DNA from: Octopus vulgaris
Lineage: Eukaryota
Assembly (NCBI GenBank): GCA_951406725.2
Contig: OX597827.1
Location: 68,324,001-68,388,000 of the forward strand
Reading direction: 5' to 3'
DNA length: 64,000 bases
Numbering within the stretch: the first letter of the stretch is position 1; each line of letters starts with the position of its first letter. Positions 54,931 through 64,000 of this stretch are shown in pieces. The notes beneath the pieces are model-generated. The model ran no database searches. It was not told where the DNA came from and was given only the letters and a program-made list of their open reading frames with translations. A program made the translations under genes and the position numbers.

Positions 54931-55213
54931 TAAAACGCTGTGAGACGAGTTCGCTTAAATACCCATGGGTCTTATTGACACGGACATTTTTATGTTGTTT
55001 TTATTGTCTTGTTAGTCAAATAGACACACACACACACAAAAATCACACACGCTCGCATGCGCACACACACACACACACACCCACGCACATATACACACTC
55101 GTACACATTGGCTTAGGTTTCGTTTTCTATTCAGCCTGGGAACCGTTTATTGGTATTAAAGATATTCAGAGAGTTTCTTTACTTTTACTGGGTTTTTTTT
55201 ATTTGTATTACTA

Positions 55214-55274
<61 letters not shown>

Positions 55275-55569
55275 GTTGTTGTTGTTGTTGTTAATAGTAG
55301 TAGTCGTTTTTGTTTTGTTTTGTGGGGTTGGGAACTACGTGGGGGTAAAGATTCATATCAGTTTTCTTTTGTTGATATGAATGTGTGTGAGCGCGCGTGT
55401 GTGTGTGTGTGTTTGTGTGTAAGCGTGTGTGTGTGTGTGTTTGAGAGAGAGAGAGAGAGAGAGAGATTGTATAAGTTTTTCGATATGATAAAAATTTTAT
55501 AGGTAAGGTCTGTGAAATATTCCTGTCGCCTCATTTAAGCTAAGATTTTTCTCGTAGTTTAAAGACACA

Positions 55570-55995
55570 TGGATATATATATATATATACATACATATAT
55601 ATACATATATACACATATATATATACATATATATACATATATACATATATATACATATATATATATACACATATATGTATATATACACGCATATATATAT
55701 ACATATATATACATATGTATGTATGTTTATATATATATGAATGCATGTTTATATGTATGCGTGTTTGTTTATATGTATGTATATATGTATGTACACATAT
55801 ATATTTGTATATGTATATATACATATATATATACATATGTATATATATATATGTATGTATATATATGTATACATATGTATATGTATACGTACAATATGCA
55901 TATATATATATATACATATATGTATACATACATATATATATATATATATACATATGTATATATATATATATATATGTATATGTATACATATGTAT

Positions 55996-56033
<38 letters not shown>
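55570..56033. repeat. Compound (TA)/(TACA)/(TATG) microsatellite
   Basis: Direct inspection. Confidence 0.95.
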
Positions 56034-56035
<2 letters not shown>

Positions 56036-56078
56036 ATCACTCCTGATGATCGCAGCGGCGTGAAACCTGAGTCGCGAT
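56036..56078 (+). ncRNA. Hammerhead-like motif, intact core, degraded stem I
   Basis: atcactc-CTGATGA-t-cgc-agcg-gcg-t-GAAAC-ctga-GTC-gcgat directly after a long (TA)-rich array. Same U-U closing of stem II as the 18173 motif. Confidence 0.5.
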
Positions 56079-56222
56079 ATAATTGTTCAGTTTAAATAAG
56101 GTGTGTGTGTGTAAACATGCATGTATATATATGTATGTATACACTATTTAACTAAGATGATGACGACCGAGACTAACCCTGACACCAATAATATAAATAC
56201 CTTAAAAATCGTTTCAAGCATT

Positions 56223-56253
<31 letters not shown>

Positions 56254-56382
56254 TTTGATTGTTTAAAAGCGCAAACGCCACTAAAACCTTTAAGAAAGTT
56301 CGCTTCGAAATCATCAGCTTCCCGAGTTCGAAACCAGTTTGTGACACCACAGGAAAAGATCTTTTTTTCTTCTCCTCTGATC

Positions 56383-56594
56383 TACTCTTTACTCTTTTAC
56401 TCTTTTACTTGTTTAAGTCATTTGACTGCGGCCATGCCGGAGCACCGCCTTTAGTCGACCAAATCGACCCCGGGACTTATTCTTTGTAAGCCCAGTACTT
56501 ATTCTATCTGTCTTTTTTGTCGAACCGCTAAGTGACGGGGACGTAAACATACCAGCATCGGTTGTCAAGCAATGCTAGGGGGACAAACACAGAC

Positions 56595-56662
<68 letters not shown>

Positions 56663-56825
56663 GACAGGCTTCTTTCAGTTTCCGTCTACCAAATCCACTC
56701 ACAAGGCATTGGTCGGCCCGGGGCTATAGCAGAAGACATTTGCCCAAGATGCCACGCAGTGGGACTGAACCCGGAACCATGTGGTTGGTTAGCAAGCTAC
56801 TTACCACACAGCCACTCCTGCGCCT
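56383..56825 (-). mobile_element. SINE family B
   Basis: Full copy with a (tactcttt)n tail. Confidence 0.9.
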
Positions 56826-57029
56826 TTGTGAGTGGCACAGAATAGAGAGCAAACAGATGATTGTCCATCGAACACCCAGTTTTGAATATCTGTCTGTTAT
56901 ATCTGTCTGGAATTTCCACTTGACATACAAGCCAATTTTACAGTCACTTAATCCTGTAATTGATCGGACAACTGAAACATTCATTTTCATTTTCGAAACT
57001 GCAAAATTGAGCTGTTTATATTGTAAACC

Positions 57030-57700
57030 GGCGCAAGCATGGCTGTGTGGTTAAGAAGAATGTTTTGTAACCACGTGTTCTTCAGGTTCGGTTCCACAGC
57101 GCGGCACCTTGGGCAAGTGTCTTTTAGTACAGTTCCAGGCTGGCCGGTGCCTGATGATCGAACTTCGCAGACGAAAATTGTGTGAGAGTCCGTCGTATAT
57201 ATATATGTATGTGTGTGTGTATATATATATGTATATATATATGTATATATATTATGTGTGTGTATGTGTGTGTGTGCCCCTGCACCGTTTGACAGCCGGT
57301 TTTGGTTTGCTTATGTCCTTGTAACTGAGAGGTTCTACAAAAGGAAACGATAGAATAAGCTCCAGATTTATTATGTGGACGATTCGTTTTGTATAAATTC
57401 GTCAATACGGTGCGCTCCAGTATGGCCGCTCTCAAATGACTGAAACAACTAAAATACAAAAGCTACGCGAGAGAGTGAGTGAGTGAGTGAACGACTGTGT
57501 GTGTTTGTGTGTCAATACACCGATGCTGGTGTATTTACGTCCCTGTAACTTGGCGGTTCGGCAAAAGGAGACTGATAGAATAAGTACTAGGCTTACAAAG
57601 AATAAGTCCTGTGGTCGATTCGCTCGACTAAAGGCGGTGCTCCAGCATAGCCACAGTCAGATGACTGAAACAAGTAAAAGAGTAAAAAAGTAAAAGAGTA
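57030..57700 (+). mobile_element. Old SINE B copy plus younger B tail
   Basis: Diverged full copy at 57030-57460 and a tail at 57518-57700. Confidence 0.78.
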
Positions 57701-57743
57701 TATATATATACACACATGCATTAACATGTACATATTTAATTTT

Positions 57744-57798
<55 letters not shown>

Positions 57799-57802
<4 letters not shown>

Positions 57803-57995
57803 TTCCCCAGTTCTGAAAAATCGATAAATTCGACATGGGGTCGAGAATCAGAAACACAAACCACAGACTGTCTAGGGGACGCAACTCGACCTTTTTAACT
57901 AAAAAAAATTTACCATCATTTTTTTTCCATTTTTTGTATAACTCTCAAAAATGCTTTATAGTTATTTCCTACAAACCCGAGCAACGCCGGGCGAT
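57799..57995 (-). mobile_element. Helitron/Helentron-like element, truncated copy 3
   Basis: Reverse complement of the 5' half of 17425-17802, lying between (TA)n arrays. Confidence 0.68.
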
Positions 57996-58500
57996 ATATA
58001 TATATATATATATATATATTGTGTGTGTGTGTGTATGTATGTATGTATATATGTGATGTAGATATGCGTGTGTACGTATATATTCGTATATGCTTAGTTA
58101 CTATATAATAGTGAGATGGGATGGGGCTGTTTTGGTCACCACGAAACACGAAGAACGGATCCTGTAATGTTAGTGGTTTTATTAACAAACTTAGGTAATG
58201 CACCACATTAACTCTCCGAACGTTGCACCCTTCTGTACACTTATCTCTCGGGAGATCAAAGATCAATGCATTCTTGCTAAAGTACTTTTAAAACCGAAAC
58301 TTGATATATAAGGTAAAAGTGTAAACATTATTTTTTCGCCTCCATTATTTTCAAAATCGACAAGGCTAGCTTCTTGTCTATATTAGACAATATAATTTTT
58401 AGGTGGTTAAATAAGAAGGAACATACTAGATATTATAGTAGTAATTACAGAGATGTACTTGCATAGCAAGTGACCTGATCTGAGATCGTGTGCTGGAACG

Positions 58501-58763
58501 AAAACAACTGCAGCGTGGAAGGTGTTTATAAGTCATTTAAGAAATACGCAAAAACCGTTAGATTCACTTCAACATTTAAATTTAATTTGACAAAATATTT
58601 TCGTCGCTTTGAGATACAGCACGGAATTTCGTCAGTGAACAGGTCGCGGTTTCAAAGCGACGAAAATATTTTGGCAAATTAAATTTAAATGTTGAAGTGA
58701 ATCTAACTGTTTTTGTATGTTTCTTAAATGGCTTATAAACACCTTCCACGCTACAATTGTTTT
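58501..58763. repeat. Long inverted repeat (~112 bp arms, ~35 bp spacer)
   Basis: aaaacaactgcagcgtggaaggtgtttataag...tattttcgtcgctttga versus tcaaagcgacgaaaata...cttataaacaccttccacgctacaattgtttt. Confidence 0.9.
58625..58680 (+). ncRNA. Hammerhead-like motif with G3-C8 swapped core, inside a foldback element
   Basis: aattt(c)gtca-GTGAACA-g-gtcgc-ggtttcaaa-gcgac-GAAA-atat-TT-tggcaaatt. Stem I is 9 bp with one bulge, stem II is 5 bp, and stem III is the palindrome aatatt. Confidence 0.45.
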
Positions 58764-59298
58764 ATAGAAGTAATGTTAATCAGGATTTCATACATTGACC
58801 AGAGATCGAAGATTGTAATGGACGGAGAATAAGTGTGTCTGACAGAGAAGGGCCGGTGAGCAACCAGCTAGTCTGACCTAAGCAAAAAAACAAAAAAAAA
58901 AAACAAAAAACAAATAATAACTGCAAACCATCTTTTTCCCTAACATTGTATCGGCCAATTATTTGAATAAAAAGTCGATTGTAATATTTATCAAGAAATG
59001 TAAATGATATATAAGTTATATATGATACGCCAATGCAAAATTTAAACCACTTCAGACTATAATTTATTATGTAAACTTTTGTAATATTATGTTTTTGCTA
59101 CTTGTCGAATATTGCAATATACAGTTATATTATTTCACTATTAATAGGAACTTATTTGGACATTTATAATATTCCATTCTGGTAATATCAACGACTGAAA
59201 TCTCCAGACATGTGTGGGTGTTTCTAACTATTGATGTCAACAGTATTGATTAAACTCTACAGTGATAGCTCCGTCTCACAATTAGCTATTTATCACAT

Positions 59299-59697
59299 CA
59301 CTAGCAGTATCGCCCGGCGTTGTTCGGGTTTGTTTCGACCCTTTAGAATCGGAATTTTTGAAAAGAAAAAAAAATTGCATTATGTAGCTTGTTATTTTCT
59401 TTAAGTGAACATTTTTTCTGGTTGAAATACACCGAAAAATGGCGGCACAGCAGTGAAAAAATCGTAAAAAATAGGGATTTTCATAGGAAAAAAGCACCTT
59501 TTCGATGTAAAACATTTTTGGTGTTAACATGGTTCGATTTGAATTTTTTCTTCTACGGAAGGAAGAGCAAGCCTTCTTCTATCATACTCTCAATTTTGGT
59601 CAACTTGTGCTACAGGGTCTCGGAGGAGATAGTGTTAGTTGAAGACTACCAAACCTGCCACACACACAGACAACTTCAGCTTTATATATTGAGAGAT
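59299..59697 (+). mobile_element. Related Helitron/Helentron-like element with different interior
   Basis: Same 5' end (actagcagtatcgcccggcgttgttcgggtttgt) and same style of 3' end (cacacagacaac..tttatatattgagagat). Confidence 0.62.
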
Positions 59698-60047
59698 TTA
59701 TCTCAAACACGGCATAGCAGAGAGAGACTAGTTTGCAGGATAATTTAGCGCCACTGTAAAACACCCAGTACAATGTTTTTGCGTGTTTGCCGCTCCTTGT
59801 ACAAAGCGTACTGCTTCATGGATGATGGAGTGCTGGCAAACTTCTGTTTTTATTTCTTCGATTTGTACTATAATCCCAGAAATGGTATTGCTTGCGTAGA
59901 TTAATGAATCGTTTCTCTTTCCCTTAATAAAAATGGTTTATGTCAAACGAAGAAGCCAATGTCGATAGCTGTTCTTGTGTGGCCCTAGTTCAGCCAGACA
60001 GGCCGAAGTACTAGGCCCGACTCATATATCGGTTATGTATCTTATAT

Positions 60048-60434
60048 GGAGGCGCAATGGCCCAGTGATTAGGGCAGCGGACTCGCGGTCGTAGGATCGC
60101 GGTTTCGATTCCCAGACCGGGCGTTGTGAGTGTTTATTGAGCGAAAACACCTAAAGCCCCACGAGGCTCCGGCAGGGGATGTTGGTGATCCCTGCTGTAC
60201 TCTTTCACCACAACTTTCTCTCACTCTTACTTCCTGTTTCTGTTGTAACCTGTATTTTCAAAGGGCCGGCCTTGTCACTCTCTGTGTCACGCTGAATATC
60301 CCCGAGAACTACGTTAAGGGTACACGTGTCTGTGGAGTGCTCAGCCACTTACACGTTAATTTCACGAGCAGGCTGTTCCGTTGATCGGATCAACCGGAAC
60401 CCTCGTCGTCGTAAACGACGGAGTGCTTCCATCC
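60048..60434 (+). mobile_element. tRNA-SINE family C
   Basis: Head ggaggcgcaatggcccagtgattagggc..ggtttcgattccc, a (tcca)n end, and TSD atgtatcttata (60035 / 60435). Confidence 0.88.
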
Positions 60435-61917
60435 ATGTATCTTATACATCATGCTGGATATCCTACGGCACACCGTGAGGTGTAGTGAGGAATAGTATCG
60501 TAATGCAATGTTACAATCTAGATATGCTGCCTTCTCACTGCTATTTGCTATGTCATATGACACGGGCCGCAGTGCAACTGGCAGTTACCGGCCTATACAT
60601 TTTCTGAGGTAGTTTCGAATCTCAGATGGTACCTGGTCATTTTATCGCTTCTAACGAATGTTTAAGTATCTTAATTTCAAATTTCTCTAACACCTCGCCC
60701 AAAATAATTGTTCATAAGCAAAAGAAACCGATCACTTCTTAATATATGAAGTGAATGTGTGTGTGTGTGTATGTGTGTGTGTGTGTGCGTGAGTGTGTGT
60801 GTGTGTGTGTATGTGTGTGTGTGTGAGTGTGTGTGTATGTGTGTGTGTGTGTGTGTCTGTGTGTGTGTGTGTGCGTGCGTATGTGTGTGTGTTTTCAGAG
60901 TTGCAGGACAAAAATATGCACCTATAAAGCTGAAATTTTCAAAGATTTACATCTTTTTTTATTAATAAAAATACACGTTATGTAATTTTTTCTGAATTGG
61001 CTCTTTTAACTCCAGATAAAAATAAAAGACACATTATTTCAGCATGATTTACAACAGTCATTGGGAAAAGTTAAAATTAGATAAATAATTAATGTAAATT
61101 AGTACTGTGTTTTGAAAACAAAAAGCATGGTTCATGAGACAAAAAATAAAATAAAAATGAATAAACTATTTTTAGTAACATATTAATTTTTTCTTTCCTC
61201 TTATATTTTTTTTATCCATTTTTATGTAACTCCGCGAGAGCCGCTTTTGAATGGTCTGTGCGCATCAACTGAAGGTTTTCAGCATCACTTTAAAGGAATT
61301 ATATCAAAATATATTGAATTCATGTCATAAGTTTTAATAAATCCCAGCGGTACCGAATACAGGGACTCTCGAATGAGACTAATGGGTGCAGCTGTTTGGA
61401 CGCTGATTTGGCATGGGCGTTTGACTTGCTTTGGCGACAGTACGTTTTGGCACTAGAGGCAAACGTGGATACACACACACACACACACATGCAAATAGAG
61501 AGAGATGGGGAAACAACGAGAGAAACCTTAAAACGTCTCATGTCAAATATGCCAGAATCGAATTAGCGGCGCCAAAACGGCTGTGCCACAACGTCTCCTA
61601 CCACCAGACAGGCTCATATACGTAAAGTTATATGTGAGTTTGTCTGGGCCTACAGGTCCATTAGGCCAAAGCTCAACCTGGATTCTATAGCATTTACTCG
61701 AATGAGACTATAAGAACCTCACTTAAACGGAGCGTCAGTCCGTTGTAGAATTACAGAATTAACAGCCCAGCTATCACTGGCGGTTATATTCGATCGAGAG
61801 GACTGAATCTATGAGAAATGACGTGCTCTGCCCAAGGATACAATTGTTGTCCGGCCTAAAACTCCAACTCATGACATAACGATTCTGAGCCTAATGTCCG
61901 AACCACTACGCCCCGTC

Positions 61918-61952
<35 letters not shown>

Positions 61953-62103
61953 AAGCGCGTGCATACACACACTAGCTACTCTTCTCGTTCCTGTCGGGTT
62001 TATTTATACTTAAAATAATTACATGAATTCGCTATGCCTTGGTGTAATCGCTTTAAAAGTTGCTAACAATTTCCAGTTCATACGTGCGTGCGTGGGTGAA
62101 TGA

Positions 62104-62170
<67 letters not shown>

Positions 62171-62793
62171 CACACGCACGCATATATATATATATATATA
62201 AGGCTAAAATATCATTACTGCAGTGCACCAGTATATTTTATATTTTGAAAATGTCTGCAGCATTCGTTAAACAAATATATGTACGAACATCAATATCAGA
62301 TATCAGATGTGGCTAAACAATATCACCATTGCCGTCTTTTGTAGCCAAACACTATCACCAACATCTGTAAGTGGTTACAGATATGTCTCTTGTCATGTCT
62401 GATCATAGATATCACATGTCTAATGGGATTAGTGATATACTGGAGTCACGATCCATTACTAATATCGGTTACTCTAAATAATTAGATAATTCTGTTGTTG
62501 TACGTAACTATTGATACGTTTCTATTATAGTATTGTGTATGTGAGACGGGTTGCGTTGTGTGAGAATGAGAGAGGATCTGTGTGAGAAAGGGACTTAAAG
62601 AGAGTGGGAGGAGGAGGAGAGAGAGTGTGAGTGTTTGTGTTTGAGGAGGTGTGTCTTTTGTATGAGAGACTCAGATAGTGTGATTATACGTTGGAGAGAT
62701 TCTGTAAGTTATGTGTCAAAAATCTTGCTTGTGTGTTTGAAGAAAAGAGACGGTGCGTTGGTGCTTGCGTGGATTATACTGCTGCCAATACAA

Positions 62794-63380
62794 GGCGGCG
62801 AGCTGGCAGAAACGTTAGCACGCCGGGCGAAATGCGTAGCCGTATTTCGTCTGCCGTTACGTTCTGAGTTCAAATTCCGCCGAGGTCGACTTTGCCTTTC
62901 ATCCTTTCGGCGTCGATTAAATAAGTACCAATTACGCACTGGGGTCGATATAATCGACTTAATCCGTTTGTTTGTCCTCTCTGTGTGTAGCCCCTTGTGG
63001 GTAATAAAGAAATGGGTATTTCTTCTGTCGTTACGTTCTGAGTTCAAATTCGCCGAGGTCGACTATGCCTTTCATCTTTTCGGGTTCGATTAAATAAGTA
63101 CCAGTTACGCACTGGGGTCGATGTAATCGACTTAATCCGTGTGTCTGTCCTTGTTTGTCCCCTCTGTGTTTAGCCCCTTGTGGGCAGTAAAGAAATAGGT
63201 ATTTCGTCTGTCGTTACGTTCTCAGTTCAAATTCCGCGGATGTCGATTTTGCCTTTCATCCTTTCGGGGTCGATAAATAAGTACCAGTTTCGCACTGGAG
63301 TCGATGTAATCGACTTAATCCGTTTGTCTGTCCTTGTTTGTCCCCTTTATGTTTAGCCCCTTGTGGGCAATAAAGAAATA
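62794..63380 (+). mobile_element. tRNA-SINE family A, trimer (one headed + two headless units)
   Basis: Head ggcggcgagctggcagaaacg..gagttcaaattcc carries A/B boxes. Units restart at 63016 and 63199. A single TSD tatactgctgccaat flanks the whole (62775 / 63381). Confidence 0.9.
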
Positions 63381-63460
63381 TATACTGCTGCCAATTACAA
63401 TGAATAGCAATGCCTGTAATACTAAATTGATCTCTGTTATTTTTTTTTTCATCTCTGCAG

Positions 63461-63757
63461 GGGCACACCAAAACTGCGACATTGATTTCGACGGAAGCGG
63501 AGGGGACATTGCGCATTCTTGGCACACGGGTAATATGCACTTTGATGACGACGAAAACTTCAAGGCGATTTACTCCCCATCTGTTGAGGGAATCTACCTC
63601 TTGCGAGTGGCTGTGCATGAAATTGGTCACGTGCTCGGCCTAAACCACACCGAAAAGGATCACTCGGTTATGTATGCAATTTACAATCAAGATAGCAGCG
63701 TTGATAGTGAATTCGAATTGGGATGGGACGATCGGAAAGATGTTCAGAAAATATACG
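63461..63757 (+). CDS. MMP21: Internal coding exon of a matrix metalloproteinase (MMP21-like), catalytic domain C-terminal half
   Basis: Acceptor tttttttttcatctctgcAG (63459-60) and donor g|GTacgt (63758-59) bound 297 bp, phase 1 at both ends. Translation GAHQNCDIDFDGSGGDIAHSWHTGNMHFDDDENFKAIYSPSVEGIYLLRVAVHEIGHVLGLNHTEKDHSVMYAIYNQDSSVDSEFELGWDDRKDVQKIYG has the HExxHxxGxxH zinc motif, the Met-turn (SVMY) and the FDGxGG Ca loop. It also has MMP21-type features as recalled from the human protein: HxxC instead of HGD, AHxW, HFDDDE, VAVHEIGHVLGL, FELxWxDRK. Confidence 0.93.
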
Positions 63758-63793
63758 GTACGTTCTTTTATCTCATTTTACAGCATTTTATTT

Positions 63794-63838
<45 letters not shown>

Positions 63839-64000
63839 TATACATACACAGGCTGGTCGCTAGAAAAGTGGAAAATTCGTGAAATGCTATTTTATATCTT
63901 CACAAGATCCATTTGAGGTAAACTGTAAACGTCATAAGGCGTGATTAACATTCATAAATGTTTCAAGAGTTCAAGAACAGAAATAAAGAATCAGAAACCT

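Noticed and set aside
57150-57180. ctgatga..gaaa motif
   Set aside because: It arises from mutations in a decayed SINE B and has no stems I or III.
60048-60120. tRNA-like sequences with A/B boxes
   Set aside because: They are heads of SINEs, continuous with SINE bodies and TSDs, and do not form a proper cloverleaf.
62794-63380. Regularly spaced repeats as a CRISPR array
   Set aside because: The units are about 180 bp SINE bodies without unique spacers. The context is eukaryotic and there are no cas genes.

Overview
Eukaryotic, AT-rich, microsatellite- and SINE-saturated DNA. The tRNA-derived SINE families and the (TA)n/(TG)n/(GATA)n load suggest a coleoid cephalopod (Octopus-like) genome, which is an inference. 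The only confident host coding sequence is one internal exon (63461-63757, +, AG/GT, phase 1-1). It encodes the zinc-binding half of an MMP21-like matrix metalloproteinase catalytic domain. I could not find its pro-domain or upstream exons, so most of the window is probably one very large intron or upstream flank. The rest is transposon debris: at least 4 modular tRNA-SINE families, mariner and maT/Tc1 relics and MITEs, a hAT-like MITE, Helitron/Helentron-like non-autonomous elements, CR1, Dong/R4 and HERO 3' ends, a LINE endonuclease relic and a Penelope GIY-YIG relic. Notable signals not visible in the ORF track: (i) several type I hammerhead ribozyme motifs in short elements lodged in (TA)n arrays, of which two look fully intact and three have a complete core, plus one apparent G3-C8 core variant inside a foldback; (ii) a decayed minus-strand frame with an SF3-helicase-like motif pattern, possibly an endogenous viral relic; (iii) SINE concatemers with a recurrent GGTATT junction. 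Almost all supplied ORFs are microsatellite or SINE artefacts. Repeat boundaries are approximate.
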